The translations under genes were made by a program, and so were the position numbers. Of a stretch of DNA of 64,000 nucleotides, positions 13,976 to 27,744 are shown one piece after another. The notes under the pieces are model-generated. The model was not told the DNA's origin, searched no databases, and was given only the letters and a program-made list of their open reading frames with translations. This DNA is from Eledone cirrhosa (Eukaryota), in NCBI GenBank assembly GCA_964016885.1, contig OZ024744.1, positions 45,880,001 to 45,944,000 of the forward strand, in the 5' to 3' direction. Position 1 is the stretch's first letter. Each line of letters begins with the position of its first letter.

Positions 13976-16486
13976 ATTATTATTTTTTTTTGTTAAAGCA
14001 TATAGAGGTAATTGGAGTTAGTTAAATGAAATTATTTTTTTTATTATTATTGAAGCATATAGATGTAAGGTGAGTGACTTAATTGAAATTTAATATTTTT
14101 TTCACGGGTTTTTATTTTTTTTTTTTTTTATTAAAGCATATAGATGGAGTTAGTTAAATGAAGTTATTTTTTAAAATTAAAGTATTAGATGTAAGTGGAG
14201 TTAAATGAAATTATTATTTTTTTTTATTAAAGCATATAGATGTAAGTGGAGTTACTTAAAAGAAATTTCTTTTTTCTAGCGTTTTTTATTTTTTTAAGTA
14301 TACATATATAAGTGGAGTTACTTAAATGAAAATGTTTTATTTTTTTCACGCGTGTTTTATTTTTTTATTTTTTTATTAAAGCTTATAGATGTAGGTGGAG
14401 TTACTTAAATGAAATTATTATTTTTTTTTTAATAAAGCATAAAAATGTAAGTGGAGTTACTTAAATGAAATTATTAGTTTTTTTATTTTTTTATTTTTTT
14501 ATTTTTTCATTAAAGCATACAGATGTAAGTGGAGTTACTTAGAAGAAATATATTTTTTTTAGCGTTTTTTATTTTTTTAAAGGATATATATATAAATGGA
14601 GTTACTTAAATGAAAATGTTTTATTATTTTCACACGTTTTTTTTTTTCTTCAATTATATAGATGTAGCTATATAAATGAAATTATTATTTTTTTTTTATT
14701 AAAGCATATAAATGTAAGTGGAGTTACTTAAATGAAATTATTAGTTTTTTATTTTATTAAAGCATATAGATGTAAGTGGAGTTAGTTAAATGAAATTTTT
14801 TTTTCTTTTTTCACGCGTTTTTTATTAAAGCATATAAATGTAACTGTAGTTACTTAAATGAAATTATTTTATTTTTTTATTTATTAAAGCATATAGATGT
14901 AAGTGGAGTTACTTAAATGCATTTTTTTTCACGCTTTTTTTAATTTTTTAATTTTTTTATTAAAGCATATAGATGTAAGTGGAGTAACATGAATGAAATT
15001 ATTATTTTTTTTATTTTATTAAAGCATATGTAAGTGGTGTTATTTAAATGAAATTATTATTTTTTTTTTCACGCGATTTTATTTTTTTATTAAAGCATAT
15101 CGATGTAGGTGGAGTTACTTAAATGAATTTTTTTTTTCATTAAAGCATATAGATGCAAGTGGAGTTACTTAAATGAAATTAATTAATTTTTTTATTTATT
15201 AAAGCATATAGATGTAAGTGGAGTTATTTAAATGAAATTATTATTTTTTTTTTATTAAAGCATATAGATGTGAGTGGAGTTATTTAAATGAAATTATTAT
15301 CTTTTTATTTTATTAAAGCATATAGATGTATGTGGACTTACATAAATTAAATTTTTTTTTTCACGCGTTTTTATTTTTTTATTTTTTTATTTTTTCATTA
15401 AAGCATATAGATGTAAGTGGAGTTACTTAAAAGAAATTTCTTTTTACTAGCGTTTTTTATTTTTTTAAAGTATATATATATAAATGGAGTTACTTAAATG
15501 AAAATGTTTTATTTTTTCACGCGTTTTTTATTTTTTTATTAAAGCATATCAATGTAGGTGGAGTTACTTAAATGAAATTATTAGTTTTTTATTTTATTAA
15601 AGCATATAGATGTAAGTGGAGTTAGTTAAATGAAATTAATTTTTTTTTTTTCACGCGTTTTTTACTAAAGCATATAAACGTAACTGTAGTTACTTAAATG
15701 AAATTATTTCATTTTTTTATTTATTAAAGCATATAGATGTAAGTGGAGTTACTTAAATGAAATTATATATTTATTGTTTTTATCAAAGCATATAGATCTA
15801 AGTGGAGTTACTTCAATGAAATTATTATTTTTTTTTATTTATTAAAGCATATAGATGTAAGTGGAGTAACTTAACTGAATTTTTTTGTTTCACGCATTTT
15901 TTATTTATTTTTTTTTTTTTATTAAAGCATATAGATGTAGGTGGAGTTACTTAAATGAAATTATTATTTTTTTTATTAAAGCATATAAATGTAAGTGGAG
16001 TTACTTAAATGAATTTATTAGTTTTTTTATTTTATTAAAGCATATAGATGTAAGTGGAGATAGTTAAATGGAATTTTCTTTTTTCACGCGTTTTTTATTT
16101 TTTGTATTAAAGCATATAGATATAAGTGGAGTTATTTAAATGAAATTATTTTATTTTTTTATTTATTAAACCATATAGATGTAAGTGGAGTTACTTAAAT
16201 CAATTTTTTTTCACGCATTTTTTATTTTTTTATTTTTTTATTAAAGCATATAGATGTATGTGGAGTTACTTAAATGTAATTTTTTTACTTTTTTTCACCA
16301 GTTTTTTAGTTTTTAATTTAAGAATGTAGATGTAAGTGGAGTTACATAAATGCAATTATTATTATTTTTTTTATTAAAGCATATAGATGTAAATGGAGTT
16401 ATTTAAATGAAATTTTTTTTTTTTTTCAAACGTTTTTTATTTTTTTATTTTTTTATTGAAGCATATAGATGTAAGTGTAGTTACTT

Positions 16487-16674
16487 TGTCAGAATCGATA
16501 GAGGGTCGAACGCCATGCTTTGCAGCATAGAGTTAAAATCTGATCTGAGTTAAAATCTTATCTGAGTTCAAATCCTGCCGAGGTTAACTTTGCCTTTCAT
16601 TTTTACGGGGTCGATAAAATAAAGTACCAGTAATCTACTGGGTAATTGTTGGCCTTGTGCCAAAGGTAGAAACA
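16487..16674 (+). mobile_element. tRNA-derived SINE copy
   Basis: Same family; mutated A box (TGTCAGAATCG) and 17-bp internal duplication. Confidence 0.78.
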
Positions 16675-18717
16675 ATTTTTTTTCTTATTAAAGCATATAG
16701 ATGTAAGTGGCGTTACTAAGTTGAAATTTTTTTTATTTCACAATATTTTTATTTTTTTGTTTTTATTTTTTTTATTAAAGTATACAGATGTAGATGGAGT
16801 TACTTAAATGAAGTTATATTTTTTTTAAAGCATATAGATGGAAGTGGAGTTAGTCAAATAAAATTATTTTTTTTATTATTTTTAAAGCATATAGATGTAA
16901 CGTTAGTTACTTAATTGAAATTTTTTATTTTTTTCACGGGTTTTTATTTTTTTATTTTTTTATTAACGCATATAGATGGAGTTACTTAAATGAAATTATT
17001 ATTTTTTTTTATTAAAGCATATAGATGTAAGTGGAGTTACTTAAATGAAATTATATATTTATTGTTTTTATTAAAGCATATAGATGTAAGTGGAGTTACC
17101 TAAATAAAATTATAATTTTTTTATTTTATTAAATCATATAGAGGTAAGTGGAGGGTGTTACTTAAATGAAATTATATATTTATTGTTTTTATTAAAGCAT
17201 ATAGATGTAAGTGGAGTAACATGAATGAAATTATTATTTTTTTTATTTTATTAAAGCATATGTAAGTGGTGTTATTTAAATGAAATTATTATTTTTTTTT
17301 TCACGCGATTTTATTTTTTTATTAAAGCATATCGATGTAGGTGGAGTTACTTAAATGAATTTTTTTTTTTCATTAAAGCATATAGATGCAAGTGGAGTTA
17401 CTTAAATGAAATTAATTAATTTTTTTATTTATTAAAGCATATAGATGTAAGTGGAGTTATTTAAATGAAATTATTATTTTTTTTTATTAAAGCATATAGA
17501 TGTGAGTGGAGTTATTTAAATGAAATTATTATCTTTTTATTTTATTAAAGCATATAGATGTAAGTGGACTTACATAAATTAAATTTTTTTTTTCACGCGT
17601 TTTTATTTTCTTATTTTTTTATTTTTTCATTAAAGCATATAGATGTAAGTGGAGTTACTTAAAAGAAATTTCTTTTTACTAGCGTTTTTTATTTTTTTAA
17701 AGTATATATATATAAGTGGAGTTACTTAAATGAAAATGTTTTATTTTTTCACGCGTTTTTTATTTTTTTATTAAAGCATATCAATGTAGGTGGAGTTACT
17801 TAAATGAAATTATTAGTTTTTTATTTTATTAAAGCATATAGATGTAAGTGGAGTTAGTTAAATGAAATTAATTTTTTTTTTTCACGCGTTTTTTACTAAA
17901 GCATATAAACGTAACTGTAGTTACTTAAATGAAATTATTTCATTTTTTTATTTATTAAAGCATATAGATGTAAGTGGAGTTACTTAAATGAAATTATATA
18001 TTTATTGTTTTTATCAAAGCATATAGATCTAAGTGGAGTTACTTCAATGAAATTATTATTTTTTTTATTTATTAAAGCATATAGATGTAAGTGGAGTAAC
18101 TTAACTGAATTTTTTTGTTTCACGCATTTTTTATTTATTTTTTTTTTTTATTAAAGCATATAGATGTAGGTGGAGTTACTTAAATGAAATTATTATTTTT
18201 TTTTATTAAAGCATATAAATGTAAGTGGAGTTACTGAAATGAAATTATTAGTTTTTTTATTTTATTAAAGCATATAGATGTAAGTGGAGATAGTTAAATG
18301 GAATTTTCTTTTTTCACGCGTTTTTTATTTTTTGTATTAAAGCATATAGATATAAGTGGAGTTATTTAAATGAAATTATTTTATTTTTTTATTTATTAAA
18401 CCATATAGATGTAAGTGGAGTTACTTAAATCAATTTTTTTTTCACGCATTTTTTATTTTTTTATTTTTTTATTAAAGCATATAGATGTATGTGGAGTTAC
18501 TTAAATGTAATTTTTTTACTTTTTTTCACCAGTTTTTTAGTTTTTAATTTAAGAATGTAGATGTAAGTGGAGTTACATAAATGCAATTATTATTATTTTT
18601 TTTATTAAAGCATATAGATGTAAATGGAGTTATTTAAATGAAATTTTTTTTTTTTTTCAAACGTTTTTTATTTTTTAATTTTTTTATTGAAGCATATAGA
18701 TGTAAGTGTAGTTACTT

Positions 18718-18905
18718 TGTCAGAATCGATAGAGGGTCGAACGCCATGCTTTGCAGCATAGAGTTAAAATCTGATCTGAGTTAAAATCTTATCTGTGTTC
18801 AAATCCTGCCGAGGTTAACTTTGCCTTTCATTTTTACGGGGTCGATAAAATAAAGTACCAGTAATCTACTGGGTAATTGTTGGCCTTGTGCCAAAGGTAG
18901 AAACA
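18718..18905 (+). mobile_element. tRNA-derived SINE copy
   Basis: Paralog of 16487-16674. Confidence 0.78.
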
Positions 18906-21499
18906 ATTTTTTTTCTTATTAAAGCATATTGATGTAAGTGGCGTTACTAAGTTGAAATTTTTTTTATTTGACAATATTTTTATTTTTTTGTTTTTATTTT
19001 TTTTATTAAAGTATACAGATGTAGATGGAGTTACTTAAATGAAGTTATATTTTTTTTAAAGCATATAGATGGAAGTGGAGTTAGTCAAATGAAATTATTT
19101 TTTTTATTATTTTTAAAGCATATAGATGTAACGTTAGTTACTTAATTGAAATTTTTTATTTTTTTCACGGGTTTTTATTTTTTTATTTTTTTATTAACGC
19201 ATATAGATGGAGTTACTTAAATGAAATTATTATTTTTTTTTATTAAAGCATATAGATGTAAGTGGAGTTACTTAAATGAAATTATATATTTATTGTTTTT
19301 ATTAAAGCATATAGATGTAAGTGGAGTAACCTAAATAAAATTATAATTTTTTTATTTTATTAAATCATATAGAGGTAAGTGGAGGGTGTTACTTAAATGA
19401 AATTATATATTTATTGTTTTTATTAAAGCATATAGATGTAAGTGGAGTTACCTAAATAAAATTATAATTTTTTTATTTTATTAAATCATATAGAGGTAAG
19501 TGGAGGTTGTTACTTAAATGAAATTTTTTTTTATCATGCGCTTTTTATTAATTTACCATTTTATAAAAGCATATAGAAGTGGAGTTACTTCACTGAAATT
19601 ATTATTTTATTATTTATTAAGGCATATAGATGTAAGTGGTGTTACTTAAATAAAAAAAAATTTTCACGCATTTTTTTTTTTTATAAATTTTTATTTATTC
19701 ATTTATTTTTTTTTATTTTTTTTTTATTTCATTTTATTTATTTTTTTTTATTATTTTTTTTTATTTTTTTTTTTTATTTTTTTTTTTTTTTAAGCATGTA
19801 GATGTAAGTGGAGTTACTTCAATGAAATTTTTTTTTTTTATTACAGCATATAGATGTAAGTGGAGTTACTTATATTAATATTTTTTTATTTTTGTTTACT
19901 TATTTTTTATTTTTTATTAAAGCATATAGATGTAAGTGTGGTTACTTAAATGAAATTATTTTTTTTTTTTTCACGCGTTTTTATTTTTTTATTTTTCCAT
20001 TAAAGCCTATACATGTAAGTGGAGTTAAAAGAAATTACTTTTTTCTAGCGTTTTTTATTTTTTTGAAGTATATATATATAAGTGGAGATACTTAAATGAA
20101 ATTGTTTTATTTTTTTCACGCGTTTCTTATTTTTTTTTTCTTAAATTATATAGATGTAGGTGGAGTTATTATGAAATTATTATTTTTTTTTAATAAAGCA
20201 TATAAATGTAAGTGGAGTTACTTAAATGAAATTATTAGTTTTTTAATTTATTAAAGCATATAGATGTAACTCTAGTTACATAAATGAAATTATTATTTTT
20301 TTATTTTATTAAAGTATATAGATGTAAGTGAACTTAAATTGAATTTTTTTTTTTCACGCGTTTTTATTTTTTTATTTTTTTATTAAAACATATAGATGTA
20401 AGTGTTTTTACTTAAATGAAATTAATTAATTTTTTCATTTATTAAATCATATAGAAGTGGAGTTACTTAAATGAAATTATTATTGTTTTATTTTATTAAA
20501 GCATATAGGTGTAAGTGAACTTAAATGAAATTTTTTTTTTTCACGTGTTTTTATTTTTTTATTTTTTATTTAAAGGATATAGATGTAAGTGGAGTTACTT
20601 AAAAGAAATATATTTTTTCTAGCGTTTTTTATTTTTTTAAAGTATATATATATAAATGGAGTTACTTAAATGAAAATGTATTTTTTTCACTGTTTTTTCT
20701 TTTTTTTTTTCTTAAATTATATAGATGTAGGTGGACTTACTTAAATGAATTTATTATTTTTTTTTTTATTAAAGCATATAAATGTAAGTGGAGTTACTTA
20801 AATGAAATTATTAGTTTTTTATTTTATTAAAGCATATAGATGTAAGTGGAGTTAGTTAAATGAAATTATTCTTTTTTTTTTCACGCGTTTTTTATTAAAG
20901 CATATAGATGTAACTGTAGTTACTTAAATCAAATTATTATTTTATTTTATTAAAGCATATAGATGTAAGTGGACTTACTAACATTAAATTTTTTTTTTTT
21001 TCAAGCTTTTTTATTTTTTTATTTTTTATTTTTTTATTTTTTCATTAAATCATATAGATGTAAGTGGAGTAACTTAAAAGAAATTTCTTTTTTCTAGCGT
21101 TTCTTATTTTTTTAACGTATATATATATAAGTGGAGTTACTTAAATGTAAATGTTTTATTTTTTTCACGCGTTTATTATTTTTTTAATTTTTTATTAAAT
21201 TATATAGATGTAGAGTTACTTAAATGAAATTATTATTCTTTTTTTTTTAAAGCATATAAATGTAAGTGGAGTTACTTAAATGAAATTATTAGTTTTTTAT
21301 TTTATTAAAGCATATAGATGTAAGTGGAGTTAGTTAAATGAAATTATTTTATTTTTTTTCACGCGTTTTTTATTTTTTTATTTTCTTATTAAAGCATATA
21401 GATGTAAGTGGAGTTACTTTAATGAAATTTTGTTTTTATTACAGCATACAGATGTAGGTGGAGTTACTTAAATTAATTTTTTTATTTTTGTTTACTCTT

Positions 21500-24400
21500 T
21501 TTTTACTTAAATGAAATTATTATTTTTTTTTATTAAAGCATATAAAAGTAAGTGGAGTTACTTAAATGAAAGTATTTTTTTTTTATTAAAGCATATAGAT
21601 GTAAGTGGAGTTACTTAAATGAAAGTATTTTTTTTTTTATTAAAGCATATAGATGTAAGTGGAGTTACTTAAATGAAATTATATATTTATTGTTTTTCTT
21701 AAAGCATATAGATGTAAGTGGAGTTACCTGAATGAAATTATTATTTTTTTTATTTTATTAAAGCATATAGATGTAAGTGGAGGGTGTTACTTAAATGAAT
21801 TTTTTTTTTATCATGCGTTTTTTACTTATTTATCTTTTTATAAAAGCATATAGTTGTAAGTGGAGTTACTTCACTGAAATTATTATTTTATTATTTATTA
21901 AAGCATATAGATGTAAGTGGTGTTAGTTAAATGAAATTATTTTTTTTTTTTCACGCGTTTTTTATTAAAGCATATAGATGTAAATGTAGTTACTTAAATG
22001 AAATTATTTTATTTTTTTATTTATTAAAGCATATAGATGTAAGTGGAGTTACTTCACTGAAAGTATTATTTTATTATTTATTAAAGCATATAGATGTAAG
22101 TGGTGTTACTTAAATAAAAAAAATGTTCACGCATTTTTCCATTTTTATTTTTATTTATTTTTTTTTTTTATCTTTTATTTATTTTTTTTTTTTTCTTAAA
22201 GCATATAGATGTAAGTGGAGTTCAAGGAAATTATTTTTTTTTATTACAGCATATATATGTACGTGGAGTGACTTAAATTAATATTTTTTATTTTTGTTTA
22301 CTTATTTTTAATTTTTTATTTTTTCTTAAAGCATACAGATGTAAGTTGGGTTACTTAAATGAAATTATGTTATTTTTTTCACGCGTTTTTATTTTTTTAT
22401 TTTTCCATTAAAGCATATAGATGTAAGTGGAGTTACTTAAAAGACATTACTTTTTTATAGCGTTTTTTATTTTTTTAAGTATATATATATAAGTGGAGAT
22501 ACTTAAATGAAAATGTTTTATTTTTTCACGCGTTTCTTATTTTTTTTTTTTTCTTAAATTATTTTTTCATTAAAGCATATAGATGTAAGTGGAGTTAGTT
22601 AAATGAAATTATTTTATTTTTTTTCACGCGTTTTTTATTTTTTTATTTTCTTATTAAAGCATATAGATGTAGATGGAGTTACTTAAATGAAATTATTATT
22701 TTTTTTTATTAAAGCATATAAAAGTAAGTGGAGTTACTTAAATGAAAGTATTTTTTTTTATTAAAGCATATAGATGTAAGTGGAGTTACTTAAATGAAAT
22801 TATATATTTATTGTTTTTATTAAAGCATATAGATGTAAGTGGAGTTACCTAAATGAAATTATTATTTTTTTTATTTTATTAAAGCATATAGATGTAAGTG
22901 GAGGGTGTTACTTAAATGAATTTTTTTTTTATCATGCGTTTTTTACTTATTTATCTTTTTATAAAAGCATATAGTTGTAAGTGGAGTTATTTTATTATTT
23001 ATTAAAGCATATAGATGTAAGTGGTGTTAGTTAAATGAAATTATTTTATTTTTTTCACGCGTTTTTTATTAAAGCATATAGATGTAAATGTAGTTACTTA
23101 AATGAAATTATTTTATTTTTTTATTTATTAAAGCATATAGATGTAAGTGGAGTTACTTCACTGAAATTATTATTTTATTATTTATTAAAGCATATAGATG
23201 TAAGTGGTGTTACTTAAATAAAAAAAATGTTCACGCATTTTTCAATTTTTATTTTTATTTATTTTTTTTTTTTATCTTTTATTTATTTTTTTATTTTTTT
23301 TTTTCTTAAAGCATATAGATGTAAGTGGAGTTCAAGGAAATTATTTTTTTTTATTACAGCATATATATGTACGTGGAGTGACTTAAATTAATATTTTTTA
23401 TTTTTGTTTACTTATTTTTAATTTTTTATTTTTTCTTAAAGCATACAGATGTAAGTTGTGTTACTTAAATGAAATTATGTTATTTTTTTCACGCGTTTTT
23501 ATTTTTTTATTTTTCCATTAAAGCATATAGATGTAAGTGGAGTTACTTAAAAGACATTACTTTTTTATAGCGTTTTTTATTTTTTTAAGTATATATATAT
23601 AAGTGGAGATACTTAAATGAAAATGTTTTATTTTTTCACGCGTTTCTTATTTTTTTTTTTTTTCTTAAATTATTTTTTCATTAAAGCATATAGATGTAAG
23701 TGGAGTTAGTTAAATGAAATTATTTTATTTTTTTTCACGCGTTTTTTATTTTTTTATTTTCTTATTAAAGCATATAGATGTAGGTGGAGTTACTTAAATG
23801 AAATTATTATTTTTTTTATTTTATTAAAGCATATAGATGTAAGTGGAGGGTGTTACTTAAATGAATTTTTTTTTATCATGCGTTTTTTACTTATTTATCT
23901 TTTTATAAAAGCATATAGTTGTAAGTGGAGTTATTTTATTATTTATTAAAGCATATAGATGTAAGTGGTGTTAGTTAAATGAAATTATTTTATTTTTTTC
24001 ACGCGTTTTTTATTAAAGCATATAGATGTAAATGTAGTTACTTAAATGAAATTATTTTATTTTTTTATTTATTAAAGCATATAGATGTAAGTGGAGTTAC
24101 TTCACTGAAATTATTATTTTATTATTTATTAAAGCATATAGATGTAAGTGGTGTTACTTAAATAAAAAAAATGTTCACGCATTTTTCAATTTTTATTTTT
24201 ATTTATTTTTTTTTTTTATCTTTTATTTATTTATTTTTTTTTTTTTTCTTAAAGCATATAGATGTAAGTGGAGTTCAAGGAAATTATTTTTTTTTATTAC
24301 AGCATATATATGTACGTGGAGTGACTTAAATTAATATTTTTTATTTTTGTTTACTTATTATTAATTTTTTATTTTTTCTTAAAGCATACAGATGTAAGTT

Positions 24401-25790
24401 GTGTTACTTAAATGAAATTATGTTATTTTTTTCACGCGTTTTTATTTTTTTATTTTTCCATTAAAGCATATAGATGTAAGTGGAGTTACTTAAAAGACAT
24501 TACTTTTTTATAGCGTTTTTTATTTTTTTAAGTATATATATATAAGTGGAGATACTTAAATGAAAATGTTTTATTTTTTCACGCGTTTCTTATTTTTTTT
24601 TTTTTTCTTAAATAATTTTTTCATTAAAGCATATAGATGTAAGTGGAGTTAGTTAAATGAAATTATTTTTTTTTTTTTCACGCGTTTTTTATTTTTTTAT
24701 TTTCTTATTAAAGCATATAGATGTAGGTGGAGTTACTTAAATGAAATTATTATTTTTTTTTATTAAAGCATATAAAAGCAAGTGGAGTTACTTAAATGAA
24801 AGTATTTTTTTTTATTAAAGCATATAGATGTAAGTGGAGTTACTTAAATGAAATTATATATTTATTGTTTTTATTAAAGCATATAGATGTAAGTGGAGTT
24901 ACCTAAATGAAATTATTATTTTTTTTATTTTATTAAAGCATATAGATGTAAGTGGAGTGTGTTACTTAAATGAATTTTTTTTTTATCATGCGTTTTTTAC
25001 TTATTTATCTTTTTATAAAAGCATATAGTTGTAAGTGGAGTTACTTCACTGAAATTATTATTTTATTATTTATTAAAGCAGATAGATGTAAGTGGTGTTA
25101 GTTAAATGAAATTATTTTATTTTTTTCACGCGTTTTTTATTAAAGCATATAGATGTAAATGTAGTTACTTAAATGAAATTATTTTATTTTTTTATTTATT
25201 AAAGCATATAGATGTAAGTGGAGTTACTTCACTGAAATTATTATTTTATTATTTATTAAAGCATATAGATGTAAGTGGTGTTACTTAAATAAAAAAAATT
25301 TTCACGCATTTTTCAATTTTTATTTTTATTTATTTTTTTTTTTTTATCTTTTATTTATTTATTTTATTTTTTTTTCTTAAAGCATATAGATGTAAGTGGA
25401 GTTCAAGGAAATTATTTTTTTTATTACAGCATATATATGTACATGGAGTGACTTAAATTAATATTTTTTATTTTTGTTTACTTATTTTTAATTTTTTATT
25501 TTTTCTTAAAGCATACAGATGTAAGTTGGGTTACTTAAATGAAATTATTTTATTTTTTTCACGCGTGTTTATTTTTTTATTTTTCCATTAAAGCATATAG
25601 ATGTAAGTGGAGTTTCTTGAAAGACATTACTTTTTTATAGCGTTTTTTATTTTTTTAAGTATATATATATAAGTGGAGATACTTAAATGAAAATGTTTTA
25701 TTTTTTCACGCGTTTCTTATTTTATTTTTTTTCTTAAATTATTTTTTCATTAAAGCATATAGATGTAAGTGGAGTTAGTTAAATGAAATT
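21500..25790 (+). repeat. Four ~0.95-1.13 kb higher-order units
   Basis: Near-identical spurious 60-aa ORFs start at 21931, 23035, 23979 and 25106; shared markers include GAGTTCAAGG and AAGACATTAC. Confidence 0.88.
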
Positions 25791-27558
25791 ATTTTTTTTA
25801 TTATTTTTAAAGCATATAGATGTAACGTTAGTTACTTAATTGAAATTTTTTATTCTTTTCACGGGTTTTTATTTTTTTATTTTTTTATTAACGCATATAG
25901 ATGGAGTTACTTAAATGAAATTATTATTTTTTTTATTAAAGCATATAGATGTAAGTGGAGTTACTTAAATGAAATTATATATTTATTGTTTTTATTAAAG
26001 CATATAGATGTAAGTGGAGTTACCTAAATAAAATTATAATTTTTTTATTTTATTAAATCATATAGAGGTAAGTGGAGGGTGTTACTTAAATGAAATTTTT
26101 TTTTATCATGCGCTTTTTATTAATTTACCATTTTATAAAAGCATATAGAAGTGGAGTTACTTCACTGAAATTATTATTTTATTATTTATTAAGGCATATA
26201 GATGTAAGTGGTGTTACTTAAATAAAAAAAAATTTTCACGCATTTTTTTTTTTTTATAAATTTTTATTTATTTATTTATTTTTTTATTTTTTTTTTATTT
26301 CATATTATTTTACTTAAATGAAATTATTAGTTTTTTAATTTATTAAAGCATATAGATGTAACTCTAGTTACTTAAATGAAATTATTATTTTTTTATTTTA
26401 TTAAAGTATATAGATGTAAGTGAACTTACTAAATGAAATTTTTTTTTTTTTCACGCGTTTTTATTTTTTTATTTTTTTATTAAAACATATAGATGTAAGT
26501 GTTTTTACTTAAATGAAATTAATTAATTTTTTCATTTATTAAATCATATAGATGTAAGTGGAGTTACTTAAATGAAATTATTATTTTTTTATTTTATTAA
26601 AGCATATAGGTGTAAGTGAACTTAAATGAATTTTTTTTTTCACGTGTTTTTATTTTTTAATTTTTTATTTAAAGGATATAGATGTAACTGGAGTTACTTA
26701 AAAGAAATATATTTTTTCTAGCGTTTTTTATTTTTTTAAAGTATATATATATAAATGGAGTTACTTAAATGAAAATGTATTTTTTTCACGCGTTTTTTCT
26801 TTTTTTTTTCTTAAATTATATAGATGTAGGTGGACTTACTTAAATGAATTTATTATTTTTTTTTTATTAAAGCATATAAATGTAAGTGGAGTTACTTAAA
26901 ATGAAATTATTAGTTTTTTATTTTATTAAAGCATATAGATGTAAGTGGAGTTAGTTAAATGAAATTATTCTTTTTTTTTTCACGCGTTTTTTATTAAAGC
27001 ATATAGATGTAACTGTAGTTACTTAAATGAAATTATTTTATTTTTTTATTTATTAAAGCATATAGATGTAAGTGGATTTACTTAAATGAATTTTTTTTTC
27101 ACGCTTTTTTTTATTTTTTTATTTTTTCATTAAAGCATATAGATGCAAGTGGAGTTACTTAAATGAAATTAATTAATTTTTTTTTTTATTAAAGCATATA
27201 GATGTAAGTGGAGTTATTTAAATGAAATTATTATTTTATTTTATTAACGCATATAGATGTAAGTGGACTTACTAACATTAAATTTTTTTTTTTTTCAAGC
27301 GTTTTTATTTTTTTATTTTTTTATTTTTTTATTTTTTTATTTTTTTATTTTTTCATTAAATCATGTAGATGTAAGTGGAGTTACTTAAAAGAAATTTCTT
27401 TTTTCTAGCGGTTTTTATTTTTTTAACGTATATATATATAAGTGGAGTTACTTAAATGTAAATGTTTTATTTTTTTCACACGTTTATTATTTTTTTATTT
27501 TTTTATTAAATTATATAGATGTAGAGTTACTTAAATGAAATTATTATTCTTTTTTTTT

Positions 27559-27744
27559 GGTGGTGGATTGGCAGTATCGGTAGAGGGTCGGACGCCATGC
27601 TTTGATGCATAGAGTTACGGCCCTTGCTATTCTGAGTTCAAATCCCGCCGAGGTTAACTTTGCCTTTCATCCTTACGGGGTCGATAAAGTAAAGTACCAG
27701 TAATGTACTGGGTAATTTCTGGCCTTGTGCCAATAGTAGAAACA
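27559..27744 (+). mobile_element. Full-length 186-bp tRNA-derived SINE with a perfect 16-bp target-site duplication
   Basis: Flanked by ATTATTC(T)9 at 27543-27558 and 27745-27760; starts GGTGGTGGATTGGCAGTATCGG (A box) and contains GAGTTCAAATCCC (B box); paralogous sites at ~21235 and ~31175 are empty. Confidence 0.92.

Larger units (their letters stand above)
1..14485 (+). repeat. Higher-order duplication with ~9.35 kb period (1-~5130 repeated at ~9348-14485)
   Basis: The window start ATTTCATTTTTTTTCACCCGTTTTTTAATAAAGC recurs at 9348; identical 72-aa spurious ORFs lie at 2931 and 12286 (offset 9355); SINE copies at 1345/10700, 3092/12447 and 4450/13804 share the offset. Confidence 0.9.
14960..19430 (+). 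repeat. Tandem higher-order duplication, ~2.23 kb period
   Basis: GGAGTAACATGAATG occurs at 14981 and 17213; SINE copies at 16487 and 18718 share the offset. Confidence 0.88.
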